Both the position numbers and the translations under genes were made by a program. 60,054 bases of DNA from Acidimicrobiales bacterium (lineage in GTDB: Bacteria > Actinomycetota > Acidimicrobiia > Acidimicrobiales > JAUJNH01), in assembly GCA_038232515.1 (NCBI GenBank), contig JBBSHS010000003.1, positions 1-60,054 on the forward strand. Direction: 5' to 3'. This document shows positions 1 to 10,064 of this stretch, one piece after another (the first letter of the stretch is position 1; each line of letters opens with the position of its first letter). The notes beneath the pieces were generated by a model. That model was not told the DNA's origin, ran no database searches, and was given only the letters and a program-made list of their open reading frames with translations.

Positions 1-796
1 CCGGCGTCGTGTCCGGCACCGAACTGGCCGGCGTCGTGCCCGGTGTCGTGGTCCCCGGGGTCGAGGCCACCGTCGTCGAGCTGTCCGACGTGCCCGGGGC
101 CACGTCACCCGGCGTATCGAGGGTGGGGAGCGACGGTGGGTACGGCACCGTCTTGGTGTCGTCGGGGACGAAGGCCAGCACCAGCGCTCCGCCGTCGGTC
201 AGCTTGATGTTGGCGGGACTGCCGGCCACCTGCTTGCCCGAGGGGAAGCTCTTGCCGACGTCGCTCTTGCGGTCGGCGGCGGGTGGGACGTCATAGAAGG
301 CCTTGACCACGCTGGCCCTGTCCCCGCACTTCTGGCCGTCCTGATAGGTCTTGGCCGTCTTGCCGTCCACCCCGGCGGGCAGCTTCATCGACGTTGTGGA
401 AACCGTCAGGTTCACCTGTGAGGCGAACTTGCCGAAGACGGCGTGGGGGCCGGCAGCCGAGTCGTCGGTGGGGTGGACGTTGATGAGGCCGTCGCCCAAG
501 GTGGTGATCCCGTGCTTGGCGGACGAGTTGGGGAAGGGCGCCAGGAAGTGGTCGCAGACGTAGACGGCGTAGGCGACGTGCCACTTGTCGATGTTGGCCA
601 CCGGAGCCGTGGTGTTCCTGGTCGGGTTGAGCTTCACTTCACGCTGGTGGCGGCTGAAGGCGGTGCCGAACACGCCCAGCACCACCACGGCGAGGACGGC
701 ACCGTAGTAGAGCACCGGCATGCCGCCCCGCGCCGTACGGCCTCCGCCTGTGCCGGCGGCGCGTGCGACCTTCTTCGACGACGATGCCTTGCCCAT
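1..796 (-). CDS. Conserved hypothetical membrane-anchored protein (3' end runs off the window)
   Basis: Not in the ORF track. Read manually from ATG at 796: MGKASSSKKVARAAGTGG..., one TM segment (VLYYGAVLAVVVLGVFG), a WHVAYAVYVCD / DGLINVHP segment and a Thr/Pro-rich tail. No stop before position 1. Confidence 0.75.
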   Translation of the reverse strand, partial: MGKASSSKKVARAAGTGGGRTARGGMPVLYYGAVLAVVVLGVFGTAFSRHQREVKLNPTRNTTAPVANIDKWHVAYAVYVCDHFLAPFPNSSAKHGITTLGDGLINVHPTDDSAAGPHAVFGKFASQVNLTVSTTSMKLPAGVDGKTAKTYQDGQKCGDRASVVKAFYDVPPAADRKSDVGKSFPSGKQVAGSPANIKLTDGGALVLAFVPDDTKTVPYPPSLPTLDTPGDVAPGTSDSSTTVASTPGTTTPGTTPASSVPDTTP

Positions 797-811
797 TCCG
801 AACAGGGGAGG

Positions 812-2056
812 CTAGCGGGCGGACGGCGGGCTTGGTTCACGCCGCCCGGCCAGCTCCTCGAACAGGTTCTCGTAGGATTCGGCCACCGCCGCAGGTGACG
901 CCCAGCTCTCCACGAAGCGCCGGCCCCGAGCGCCAATGGCCACGGCTCGCCCGGGATCGTCCAGCAGGCATCGCAACGCCGCCACCAGTGCCGGCCCGTC
1001 CCCGGGGGCGACGGCCAGACCGGTGCCGTGCCGCTCGGCCACCCGGGCCACCTCCGTGCCCAGGTCGACGCCGGCCACGAACGGCCGGCCCGCGGCCAGG
1101 ATCGAATACAGCTTGGACGGCACGCTGGCCCGGCCCAGGCCCGGGCGCAGCAGCACCGTGTGGACGTCGGCCGTGGCCAGGACCTCGGCCAGCCGCTCCA
1201 CCGGCTGGAACTCGGCGAAACGCACGTTGTCCAGGCCCCTGGCCCGGGCCATCAGATCGCCGCGGGCCACCCCGTTGCCGACGATGACCACCGCCGCATC
1301 GGGCAGGTGCCGGGCTGCGTCGACCAGCAGGTGGAGGGGCTGGGAGAGGCCCACGTTGCCGGCGTACATCACCACGGGCCGGTCTCCCACCCCCAGCTCA
1401 CGACGGAAGCCGTTCTGCCTCGGGCCCGGGGTGATGGCGGTGGTGTCCACGAAGTTGGGGATGACGCGGATCTTGTGGGCCCCCGCCGGCCCGACCTTGG
1501 CCACCAGGTTCTCGGCCAGATCCGTGGAGAGCACGGTCACGGCGTCGGCCAGCCGGTAGGACATGAGCTCGAGGCGACGGGCCACGGCCACGAGGCGCCG
1601 GCCGGTGAGGACGCCAACTTCCACGGCCACGTCGGGAAAGACATCCTGCACGTTGAAGACCAGCGGCGCCCGCCGGGCGGCGGCCACCGTTGCGCCGGCG
1701 AAGCCCATGGTGAGAGGCGGGGACACGGCCAGCACGCCGTCTGCCCGGCCCCCCGCCGACCCGGCGCCCGCCACCAGAGCGCTGAAGGCCCCGAAAGAGG
1801 CCGCCCGCCTGGCGATGTGCTGCTTGGGCGCCGGGAAGGGGTGGACCCGTGTGACCGACCCCCAATCGGTGCGGCTCCGGCGCACGAGGCGGCCCGAGTA
1901 GCCGGCCTCGATGGCGTGGCGCTCGTACCAGGGCAGCGACGTGACGACGTCCAACCGGTGGCCCCGGGCCGCCAGTTCGCCCACGATGCGGGTGACGACG
2001 ACGCCGGTCGGCGCCGTGTCGGGCTCGAAGTGGGGGCAGAGGACCACGAGTCGCAC
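812..2056 (-). CDS. Glycosyltransferase family 4 (WbuB/WcaI-like)
   Basis: MRLVVLCPHFEPD start; SLPWY, NVQDVFPD, YAGNVG and SVPSKLYSILAAGRP motifs. Confidence 0.9.
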   Translation of the reverse strand: MRLVVLCPHFEPDTAPTGVVVTRIVGELAARGHRLDVVTSLPWYERHAIEAGYSGRLVRRSRTDWGSVTRVHPFPAPKQHIARRAASFGAFSALVAGAGSAGGRADGVLAVSPPLTMGFAGATVAAARRAPLVFNVQDVFPDVAVEVGVLTGRRLVAVARRLELMSYRLADAVTVLSTDLAENLVAKVGPAGAHKIRVIPNFVDTTAITPGPRQNGFRRELGVGDRPVVMYAGNVGLSQPLHLLVDAARHLPDAAVVIVGNGVARGDLMARARGLDNVRFAEFQPVERLAEVLATADVHTVLLRPGLGRASVPSKLYSILAAGRPFVAGVDLGTEVARVAERHGTGLAVAPGDGPALVAALRCLLDDPGRAVAIGARGRRFVESWASPAAVAESYENLFEELAGRREPSPPSAR

Positions 2057-2089
2057 GGGTCAGGCAGTCTGGCATGCCGGCAGCCAATC

Positions 2090-2160
2090 CGAGATTGGGT
2101 CGTGGGGTGGCCTTCAGGGTCCGATTTGGCCGGCGAAGGCCACGTGGCGACCCAATCTCG
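2090..2160. repeat. 71-bp palindromic intergenic repeat, family A copy 1 (REP-like)
   Basis: CGAGATTGGGT...ACCCAATCTCG outer stem and GTGGCCTTC/GAAGGCCAC inner stem; reverse complement matches 48734-48804 at 67/71 nt by manual alignment. Confidence 0.85.
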
Positions 2161-2170
2161 CGGCGGTTCG

Positions 2171-3280
2171 TCAGCCGGCGACGACGCGACGGTAGGCGGC
2201 CAGCAGGCTCTGGGCGGCGGCCGAAGGGGCGAAGGTGGCGGCCCGGGCCCGGCCGGCGACGGCCAGGCGTTCCTGCTCAGCTCCGTCGGCCAGCAGGCGG
2301 TTCATGGCCGCAGCCCAGGCGGGCACGTCGAACGGGTCGACGAGCAGACCGGCGTCCCCGACCACCTCGGGCAGGGCGGTGGCGGCAGCCACCACCACAG
2401 GACAGCCGGCGGCCATGGCCTCCAGCACCGGGGCCCCGAAGCCCTCGTGGGTCGAAGGGAACACCGTGGCCACGGCCCCTTCCACCAGGGCTCGCAGGTG
2501 GGCCACCGGCACCCGTCCGACTCGGCGCACCCGCCCGCCCAGGCCGAGACGGGCCACCTCGTCGGCCACGGCCGCCTCGGCCCCAGCCTGGCCACCGGGC
2601 AGCACTAGCAGTGAGTCCTGCACGCCGGCCAGCGCCCGGACGACGGTCACGTGGTTCTTGTGGGGATAGGTGATGGCGGGGTAGACGAACCAGCGCCGAT
2701 CGAGCCCGTAGGCCCGTCGCACCTCGTCCTGTTCGGCCACCGGCCCGTTCCGGCCCAGCACGTGGGGCACCACCACCACGTCGGCCCCAGGCACGCCCAG
2801 GCCATCGACGACGGTCGACCTCACGTACTCGCTGGGACAGGCCACCAGGCGGGCGCGGGCCACCGAGCGGGGCAGGGCCCGGCGCAGGAAAGCCAGCTTG
2901 ACGGGCGAGAACGTCTCCGGGCGCACCAGGTACTGCAGGTCGTGGACGTGGAGAAGGGCCGGCGGCGTGCCCGACACCACGGTGCCACCGCCGTGGTGCA
3001 CGAGGTCGACGCCGGACCGCACCGCGGCCCGTGGCAGCCAGGTCGCCTCCGCTCCCACCCGCAGCCACCGCCGGCGCCCCGACACGGGAGCCCTCACGAC
3101 CCGGTGGGCGCCGGCCAGGTCAGGGTGGGCGGCGGCGAAGCCGGGCAGGGCGAAGAGGATGAGGTCGACCTCGCCCGGTCGGGTGGCGTCGAGGGCCTCC
3201 AGCAGCCGGGTGACGTACTCCTCGGACCCACCCACCTCGCCGGGCCGCAGCCACGTCAGGTTGACGCCGACGCGGATCAC
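2171..3280 (-). CDS. Glycosyltransferase family 4
   Basis: HVHDLQ, YPHKNH and EGFGAPVLEAMAAGCPV GT-B signature. Confidence 0.9.
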   Translation of the reverse strand: MIRVGVNLTWLRPGEVGGSEEYVTRLLEALDATRPGEVDLILFALPGFAAAHPDLAGAHRVVRAPVSGRRRWLRVGAEATWLPRAAVRSGVDLVHHGGGTVVSGTPPALLHVHDLQYLVRPETFSPVKLAFLRRALPRSVARARLVACPSEYVRSTVVDGLGVPGADVVVVPHVLGRNGPVAEQDEVRRAYGLDRRWFVYPAITYPHKNHVTVVRALAGVQDSLLVLPGGQAGAEAAVADEVARLGLGGRVRRVGRVPVAHLRALVEGAVATVFPSTHEGFGAPVLEAMAAGCPVVVAAATALPEVVGDAGLLVDPFDVPAWAAAMNRLLADGAEQERLAVAGRARAATFAPSAAAQSLLAAYRRVVAG

Positions 3281-3284
3281 CGCG

Positions 3285-4400
3285 TCATCCGCTCAGTCCG
3301 GTCACGGCCCGGTAGGCCTCGACCGTCCGCTGGGCGCAGGCTTCCCACGTGAAATGACGGGCCCGGGCCAGGCCCCGGCGGCGGCGCGCCTCCCTCTGGT
3401 CCGGGCCCTCGGCCAGGATGGCGGCCAGGCCACGGGCGATGTCGTCGACGTCGTCGGGGTCGACCAGCACGGCGGCGTCGCCGCCGACCTCAGCCGTGGC
3501 CGTGCCCGACGAAGTCACGACAGGCGTCCCCTGGGCCATGGCCTCGGCCACCGGCAGACCGAAGCCCTCCAGGAAACTGGGGTAGCAGAGGGCGTCGGCG
3601 GCCGCAGAGATGGCTCGGCGGTCGGCCACGGGCACGAAACCCAGCACCCGGACGGTGGCCCGTTCAGGACCGAGCAGTCCGTCGAGCTCGACCCCCCCTC
3701 CCGACGGCCCCACCAGCACGAGCTGGCGGTCGCCGGCCAGGCCTTCGGACCGCAGCCGGCGCCAGGCGCCCAGCACACCGGGCAGGTTCTTGCGGGGCTC
3801 GGCGGTGCCGGCCCACAGCACGTAGGGCCGGTCGAGGCCATGGGCACCCCGGGTCTCGGCCACGTCCGCGGCCGACGCCTGCGCCGGGTCGACCCCGGGC
3901 GGGGTCACGAACAGGCGGTCGGCGGCGAAGCCGACCTCCAGACAGGCATTCCTGGTGAACTCCGATACACAGACCACGCCGGCGGCGTGCCGCCGAGCCT
4001 GGGCGATGGCCCGACGGGCGTAGTGGCCGGCCCGCGGCGGCAGGAAGTCGGGCCGGGCGAGGGCGGCCAGATCGTGGATCGTCACCACCAGCGGAGCCCT
4101 GGAGCCCGGCACCATCGTGGCGGTGGCGTGGGCCACTTCGACCGGACCGGTGACGGCCTCCAATCGGGGGCGACGGCAGATGTGCCACGACGTGTACAGG
4201 CCAGGACGGCCGAGCCGGAAGTGGCGCACCGGGACGGGCGGCGCCCAGGCCGGCACCGGCGGATCGGCGTGTCGGGCGGCCACCCCGATCACCTCGACGT
4301 CATCTCGGGCGGCGAGCGCCCCGGCCAGACCATTGCCGTAGGCGGCGACGCCACCGGGCACGTTGTGCCAGCACTGCTCGAGGGTCAGGGCCACCCGCAT
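3285..4400 (-). CDS. Glycosyltransferase family 4
   Basis: TIHDLA, EPRKNL and EGFGLPVAEAMAQGTPV. Start moved to ATG 4400 (MRVALTLEQ), since the upstream extension is a tandem repeat. Confidence 0.9.
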   Translation of the reverse strand: MRVALTLEQCWHNVPGGVAAYGNGLAGALAARDDVEVIGVAARHADPPVPAWAPPVPVRHFRLGRPGLYTSWHICRRPRLEAVTGPVEVAHATATMVPGSRAPLVVTIHDLAALARPDFLPPRAGHYARRAIAQARRHAAGVVCVSEFTRNACLEVGFAADRLFVTPPGVDPAQASAADVAETRGAHGLDRPYVLWAGTAEPRKNLPGVLGAWRRLRSEGLAGDRQLVLVGPSGGGVELDGLLGPERATVRVLGFVPVADRRAISAAADALCYPSFLEGFGLPVAEAMAQGTPVVTSSGTATAEVGGDAAVLVDPDDVDDIARGLAAILAEGPDQREARRRRGLARARHFTWEACAQRTVEAYRAVTGLSG

Positions 4401-4481
4401 CAGCCGGCCAGTCTTGCAGCGGCCCCCGGCGAGGAGAGGGTTGCGACGGGCCCATGGAGCGACGGCCCAGCAGGGCCAGAG

Positions 4482-4523
4482 GCCGCAGCCGCAGCCGCAG
4501 CCGCAGCCGAAGCCGAAGCCGGA
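4482..4523. repeat. 6-bp tandem repeat (GCCGCA)4(GCCGAA)2 GCCGGA
   Basis: Seven consecutive units in the intergenic space. Confidence 0.85.
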
Positions 4524-4553
4524 GTCGAGCCGCACCAGGCGGACCGGACCGGT

Positions 4554-5501
4554 TCAGGCCCGACCGGCCCGGATCTCAGCTTCGAACCATTCGGTGGTGC
4601 GGGACAGGCCGTAGCGAAGAGGCACCCGCGGCCGCCAACCCAGCCGGTCTACGGCGAGGGAGATGTCCGGGCAGCGCTGGGTCGGGTCGTCCTGGGGCAG
4701 GGGCTCGAACACCACCTCGCTCTTTGAGCCGGTGACGTCGACCACCTCGCCGGCCAGTTGGGCGATGGTGAACTCGTCCGGGTTCCCGATGTTGACCGGC
4801 CCCAACTCGTCGCCGTCCAGCAGGGCCAGGATGCCCCTCACCTCGTCGTCCACGTAGCAGAACGAACGGGTCTGACTGCCGTCGCCGAAGATGGTGATGG
4901 GCTCTCCCAGCAGTGCCTGGACGAGGAAGTTCGACACCACCCGACCGTCGCGTGCACGCATCCGGGGCCCATAGGTGTTGAAGATGCGCACGATGCGCAC
5001 GTCGACGCCGCGGCTGCGGTGGTAGGCCATGGTCATGGCCTCGGCGAAGCGCTTGGCCTCGTCGTATACACCGCGAGGGCCGATCGGGTTGACGTTGCCC
5101 CAGTAGCTCTCGGTCTGGGGGTGGACGTGGGGGTCGCCGTAGACCTCGCTCGTGGAGGCCAGCAGGAAGCGGGCGCCCTTGGCCAGTGACAGGCCGAGCA
5201 GGTTGTGGGTCCCCAGGCTGCCCACCTTCAGCGTCTGGATCGGCATGTCCAGGTAGTCGCGGGGCGAGGCTGGGCTGGCGAAGTGCAGCACGGCATCGAC
5301 CGGGCCGGGCACATGGGTGTACCGGCTGACGTCATGGTCCACGAAGGCGAACCCAGCCGCCATGAAGAGCTCGTCGAGGTTCTCGGTGCGGCCGGTGACG
5401 AGGTTGTCGATGGCCACGACCTCGTCTCCCCTGGCCAGCAGGGCGCGGCACAGGTGGGAGCCGAGAAAGCCGGCGCCTCCGGTCACGACGACCCTGGCCA
5501 C
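4554..5501 (-). CDS. UDP-glucuronate decarboxylase (UDP-xylose synthase family, NAD-dependent epimerase/dehydratase)
   Basis: [53 protein letters not shown]. Confidence 0.92.
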   Translation of the reverse strand: MARVVVTGGAGFLGSHLCRALLARGDEVVAIDNLVTGRTENLDELFMAAGFAFVDHDVSRYTHVPGPVDAVLHFASPASPRDYLDMPIQTLKVGSLGTHNLLGLSLAKGARFLLASTSEVYGDPHVHPQTESYWGNVNPIGPRGVYDEAKRFAEAMTMAYHRSRGVDVRIVRIFNTYGPRMRARDGRVVSNFLVQALLGEPITIFGDGSQTRSFCYVDDEVRGILALLDGDELGPVNIGNPDEFTIAQLAGEVVDVTGSKSEVVFEPLPQDDPTQRCPDISLAVDRLGWRPRVPLRYGLSRTTEWFEAEIRAGRA

Positions 5502-5505
5502 CGGG

Positions 5506-6777
5506 TCAGCTCCGGCCGATGCCGGTGTAGGCGAAGCCCCGTCGGCGGGCCGTGGCCGGGTCGAGCAGGTTGCGGGCGTCGACGATGCGGGGCTCGGTCA
5601 TCGCCTCGCGGACCTTGACGAAGTCGAGCCAGCGAAACTCGTCCCACTCGGTGAGCACGACCAGAACGGCGGCGCCGGCGCACGCCCCATAGGGATCCCT
5701 GCACACCTCGAACCCGTCGATCTGGCCCTCCACCGTGGGGTCGAACGCCTTGACCGTCGCCCCGCGGGCCGTGAGCCGGTGGATGATCTCGATGGCCGGA
5801 GAGTCGCGGCGGTCGTCGGTGCGGGCCTTGAACGTCAACCCCCAGACGCCGATGGCGCGCCCGGCCACGCTGCCCCCGGCGGCGTCGACGACCTTGGCCA
5901 CCACCCGCTCGTACTGCTCCTCGTTTACGGCGATCACGCCTCGCAGCAGGTCGAAGTCGTAGCCCGCCTCCTCGGCGATGCGCACCAGCGCCCTGGTGTC
6001 CTTGGGGAAGCACGAACCGCCCCACCCCGGCCCGGGGCGCAGGAACTCAAAGCCGATACGGCGGTCGTAGCCCATCCCGAGCACGACCTCCCTCACGTCC
6101 GCCCCCACCGCTTCACACACGTTGGCGATGGCGTTGACGAAGCTGATCTTGGTGGCCAGGAAGGCGTTCGAGGCGTACTTGATGGTCTCGGCCGAGGCCG
6201 GGTCGGTGATGAGAAGGGGTGCCCTGATCCCCTCGTACAGCTCGGACACCCGGATGGCGGCGGCGTGGTCCTCGGACCCGATGACGATGCGGTCGGGATG
6301 CAGGCAGTCGTGGACGGCGGACCCTTCCCGCAGGAACTCGGGGTTGGACACCACCGAGACGTCGGCCCGGCCCAGCGCCCGCTCGACCACCAGGGTGGAA
6401 CCGACGGGGACGGTCGACTTGTTGATGACGACCGACTGGGACGTGAGCGCCGGAGAGATCTCGCTGGCGGCGGCCTCGATGTAGGACAGGTCGGCCGAGC
6501 CGTCGACCCCTTGGGGCGTCTGGACGCACAAGAAGACGAACTCCGCCGTCTCCGCCGCGTGGGCACCACCGACCACGAAATGAAGGCGCCCACCGTCGAC
6601 CCCTTCACGCACCAGTTCGTCCAGCCCCGGCTCGAAGATCGGCATTTCGCCGGCGTTGAGCATGGCGATCTTGTCGGGCAGGACGTCGGCGCACGTGACC
6701 CGGTGGCCGACGTGGGCCAGGTACGCGCCCGTGGTCAGGCCCACGTAGCCCGTACCGATCACCGCGATGTCAGCCAT
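5506..6777 (-). CDS. ugd: UDP-glucose 6-dehydrogenase
   Basis: [44 protein letters not shown]. Confidence 0.95.
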   Translation of the reverse strand: MADIAVIGTGYVGLTTGAYLAHVGHRVTCADVLPDKIAMLNAGEMPIFEPGLDELVREGVDGGRLHFVVGGAHAAETAEFVFLCVQTPQGVDGSADLSYIEAAASEISPALTSQSVVINKSTVPVGSTLVVERALGRADVSVVSNPEFLREGSAVHDCLHPDRIVIGSEDHAAAIRVSELYEGIRAPLLITDPASAETIKYASNAFLATKISFVNAIANVCEAVGADVREVVLGMGYDRRIGFEFLRPGPGWGGSCFPKDTRALVRIAEEAGYDFDLLRGVIAVNEEQYERVVAKVVDAAGGSVAGRAIGVWGLTFKARTDDRRDSPAIEIIHRLTARGATVKAFDPTVEGQIDGFEVCRDPYGACAGAAVLVVLTEWDEFRWLDFVKVREAMTEPRIVDARNLLDPATARRRGFAYTGIGRS

Positions 6778-7636
6778 GGTCCCTCGACAGCTCCTTGATC
6801 AGACGGTGCAAGCCGTCACCGAAGTGTGGCAGCGGTTCGAACCCGAGCGCTCTTAGGGCGGCATTGTCGAGGACGGAGTTCGCCGGACGAGGCGCCGGCC
6901 GCGGTGGATCGAGCTCGGCCGTGGTGATGGGCCGGGCCCGGGCCGGGTCGTGGCCGGCGGCGTCGAGGATGTCCCGCACGAACCCGTACCAGGTGGTCTG
7001 GCCTTGGTTGGTGGCATGGAAGAGACCAGGCAGCCGGGCCACCGCCAGTCGCCGTAGGACCGGGGCGAGATCGGCGGTGAAGGTGGGACAGCCCCGCTGA
7101 TCGTCGACGACGGCGAGGTCGCGGTCGGGGTCGGCGGCCAGCCGCAACACGGTGCCGACCATGTTGGCGCCCCGCGCCCCGCACAACCACGCCGTGCGCA
7201 CCACGGCCGCGCCGGGGCAGCCTTGCAGCACCTCCTGTTCACCGCCCAGCTTGGAGCGCCCGTACACCGACCGGGGGTTGGGCCGGTCCCACTCGATGTA
7301 GGGACGGCCGGAGGTCCCATCGAAGACATAGTCAGTGCTGACCGCCACCAGGCTGGCTGCCACCAGGCGGGCCCCCTCGGCCACGTTGCGGCTGCCGAGC
7401 GCATTCACCCTGAAGGCGCGCTCCGGATCTCTCTCGCAGGCGTCGACCGCAGTCCATGCCGCGCCGTGCACGATGGCGTCGGGCTGGAGCGTGGTGATGG
7501 CGCCCAGCACCTGGTCCCGATCACCGACGTCGAGATCGGCGTGGCCGGCGGCGATGACGTCGTCGCCGGCCGCCTCGCACACCGCCACCACGTCGTGGCC
7601 CAACTGGCCGCCGGCGCCGGTGACGAGAACCTTCAC
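6770..7636 (-). CDS. rfbD: dTDP-4-dehydrorhamnose reductase
   Basis: TGAGGQLG, AAWTAVD, STDYVFDG, YGRSKLGGE, DQRGCPT. Confidence 0.95.
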   Translation of the reverse strand: MKVLVTGAGGQLGHDVVAVCEAAGDDVIAAGHADLDVGDRDQVLGAITTLQPDAIVHGAAWTAVDACERDPERAFRVNALGSRNVAEGARLVAASLVAVSTDYVFDGTSGRPYIEWDRPNPRSVYGRSKLGGEQEVLQGCPGAAVVRTAWLCGARGANMVGTVLRLAADPDRDLAVVDDQRGCPTFTADLAPVLRRLAVARLPGLFHATNQGQTTWYGFVRDILDAAGHDPARARPITTAELDPPRPAPRPANSVLDNAALRALGFEPLPHFGDGLHRLIKELSRDHG

Positions 7637-7673
7637 GTACCTGCTCTTTCCCGCTCCAACGGCCGCTCGAGCC

Positions 7674-8633
7674 TCACAGACGGGCCTTCAACGGCCCCCA
7701 CCACCAGCGGTTGTGGCGGTACCACTGCACGGTCTGGGCCAGCGCTTCGTCCAGCGAGCGGGCCCTGGTCCACCCTAGAGCGGTGATCTTGGAGACGTCG
7801 ACGGAGTAACGGCGGTCGTGGCCGAGCCTGTCCTCGACGTACTCCACCATGTCCTCCCCGGCGCCGCACAGGGCCAGGACCTTGTCGGTCAGGGCCCGGT
7901 TGGGCGTCTCGTTGCCGGCGCCGACGTTGTAGATCTGGCCTGGCTGCCCCCGTTCCAGCGCCACCTGCACTGCGGCGCAGTGGTCGTCGACGTACAGCCA
8001 GTCCCGCTGGTTGAGGCCGTCGCCGTAGAGGGGCACCCGCCGGCCCTCGAAAAGATTGGTGATGAACAGCGGGATGACTTTCTCGGGGTACTGGAAAGGG
8101 CCGAAGTTGTTGGTGCACCGCGTCACGACCACGGGCAGGCCGTAGGTCGAGAAGTACGAAAGCGCGATCAGGTCCGACCCGGCTTTTGAGGCGGAGTAGG
8201 GCGAGCGAGGCTCCAGGGCGTCGGTCTCGGTCGAGGACCCGACCTCGATGGAGCCGTAGACCTCGTCGGTACCGATGTGGACGATCCGGCCGACCTCGAG
8301 CCGGCGGGCGGCATCCATCACCGCGTTGGTCCCGAAGCAGTTGGTGTGGACGAAAGTCCCCGGGCCGGCGATGGACCGGTCGACGTGGCTCTCGGCGGCG
8401 AAGTGCACCACGGCGTCGTGCCCGGCCATGGCGTCGTCCAGCGTGCCTTGGTCGCAGATGTCGCCCTTGACGAAGCGGAAGCGGGGATCATCATCGAGGT
8501 CGGCCAGAGTCGACTGGTTTCCGGCGTAGGTGAGGGCGTCGTAGACCGTGACGTGGTCGTCGCCGTGGCCCAGGACGTACCGCACGTAGTTGGAGCCGAT
8601 GAACCCGGCCCCGCCCGTGACGAAGAGCCGCAC
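7674..8633 (-). CDS. rfbB: dTDP-glucose 4,6-dehydratase
   Basis: TGGAGFIGSNY, FAAESHVDRSI, TDEVYGS, SPYSASKA, DRLGHDRRY. Confidence 0.95.
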   Translation of the reverse strand: MRLFVTGGAGFIGSNYVRYVLGHGDDHVTVYDALTYAGNQSTLADLDDDPRFRFVKGDICDQGTLDDAMAGHDAVVHFAAESHVDRSIAGPGTFVHTNCFGTNAVMDAARRLEVGRIVHIGTDEVYGSIEVGSSTETDALEPRSPYSASKAGSDLIALSYFSTYGLPVVVTRCTNNFGPFQYPEKVIPLFITNLFEGRRVPLYGDGLNQRDWLYVDDHCAAVQVALERGQPGQIYNVGAGNETPNRALTDKVLALCGAGEDMVEYVEDRLGHDRRYSVDVSKITALGWTRARSLDEALAQTVQWYRHNRWWWGPLKARL

Positions 8634-8678
8634 CGGACGAGGCTACCCGCGTCTTCTCGCCGCCCTGTCCTTGGTCGG

Positions 8679-9767
8679 CTATCCGAGGTCGATCTGGCAG
8701 TCGTCACCGACCATGAGGCGGGTGGCGCTCGGCCGGCGACGGCTGCGGGTCACCTCGACGTGGCGGCCAATCAACGAGTCGACGATGCGCCCGGCATCGT
8801 GCACGGAGGCGCCCTCGAGCAGGACCGAGTACTCGACCTCGCTGCGGGTCACCTCGGCCCCCGGGGCCACGGCGGTGAAGGGCCCGATGTAGCTGTCGGT
8901 GATGCGGGCCCCGGCACCGATGATGGCCGGTCCCCGCACCGTCGAGCCCTGGATATCGGCTCCCGTCTCGACCACGACCCGGCCTTCGAGGCTGGAGGCG
9001 TCGTCGACGATGCCGTCCACCCGCAGTTCGAAGGTCTCCAGGACGAGCCGGTTGGCATCCAGGAGGGGCGTCAGCTTGCCGGTGTCGATCCACCAGCCGT
9101 CGAGGATCTCCGAGGCCACGCGGTGGCCCTGGTCGATCAACCACTGGATGGCCTCGGTGATCTCGAGCTCGCCCCGGGCCGACGGCGCTATGGCCCGGAC
9201 GGCCTCGTGAATGGTGGGGTCGAAGAGGTACACACCCACCAGAGCCAGGTCCGAAGCCGGGTCGACCGGCTTTTCGACGAGACGGACGACCCGGCCGCCG
9301 GCGTCGAGCTCGGCCACGCCGAAGCGTTGGGGGTCGGGCACCTGCTTCAACAGGATCTGGGCTACCGCCGGTCCGTGGACCATGCTGGCCTGGCGTGAGC
9401 GCTCGAAGGCGTCCACGAAGCCCCGCAGCGACTGCTTGAGCAGGTTGTCGCCCAGGTACATGACGAAGTCGTCCTCAGCCAGGAAGTCACGGGCGATCAG
9501 CACGCAGTGGCCCAGGCCGAGTGGCGCTTCCTGAGGCAGATAGGTGATCTCCATGCCCCATCGGCTGCCGTCACCCACGGCCCCCATGACCTCGGCGCGC
9601 GTGTCTCCCACGATCATGCCGACCTGTTTGATCCCGGCCTCGGCCACCGCCTCGAGCCCGTAGTAGAGGATCGGCTTGTTGGCCACAGGTACCAGCTGCT
9701 TGGCGCTGGTGTGGGTGATCGGCCGCAGTCGCGTCCCCGCTCCGCCGGCCAGGATGAGCGCTTTCAT
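8679..9767 (-). CDS. rfbA: Glucose-1-phosphate thymidylyltransferase (long form with C-terminal left-handed beta-helix)
   Basis: MKALILAGGAGTRLRPIT (ATG 9767), KQLVPVANKP, EKP, SARGELEIT, WIDTG. Confidence 0.93.
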   Translation of the reverse strand: MKALILAGGAGTRLRPITHTSAKQLVPVANKPILYYGLEAVAEAGIKQVGMIVGDTRAEVMGAVGDGSRWGMEITYLPQEAPLGLGHCVLIARDFLAEDDFVMYLGDNLLKQSLRGFVDAFERSRQASMVHGPAVAQILLKQVPDPQRFGVAELDAGGRVVRLVEKPVDPASDLALVGVYLFDPTIHEAVRAIAPSARGELEITEAIQWLIDQGHRVASEILDGWWIDTGKLTPLLDANRLVLETFELRVDGIVDDASSLEGRVVVETGADIQGSTVRGPAIIGAGARITDSYIGPFTAVAPGAEVTRSEVEYSVLLEGASVHDAGRIVDSLIGRHVEVTRSRRRPSATRLMVGDDCQIDLG

Positions 9768-9841
9768 AACCTGAGTCTGCCCGCGAAAAACACCCCGGTG
9801 CTTCCGGCGATCCCGCCCCTGCCGGAGGGGTTTGGGGCCCG

Positions 9842-9913
9842 GGGGTTTGCCGGCGGGAGCCGGCCGGGGGTTGCCGGCGGGAGCCGGCCGGGGTTTGCCG
9901 GCGGGAGCCGGCC
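9842..9913. repeat. 24-bp tandem repeat x3 (GGGGT/GTTGCCGGCGGGAGCCGGCC)
   Basis: Units 9842-9865, 9866-9889 and 9890-9913, with one mismatch. Confidence 0.9.
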
Positions 9914-9998
9914 GGGGGTGTGGGGGCCTGGCCCCCCCTGGGGGTTCGCCGCCGGCTCTGCCGAAGGCGAACAATAGATGGCGAGCGAAGCGAGCTCC
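9906..9998. repeat. Structured intergenic repeat, family B copy 1
   Basis: Shares AGCCGGCCGGGGGTGTGGGGGCCT and AGATGGCG..GCGAGCTCC blocks, at identical spacing, with 40014-40106. Confidence 0.75.
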
Positions 9999-10064
9999 CA
10001 AAGGACTTTCCCGCCGCAGGCGGCCGAGCGAGCGCAGCGAGCCAGGCCGCCGAGGACGGCTGCC

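Noticed and set aside
9842-9913. CRISPR array
   Set aside because: The units are directly adjacent with no spacers, and there are no cas genes.
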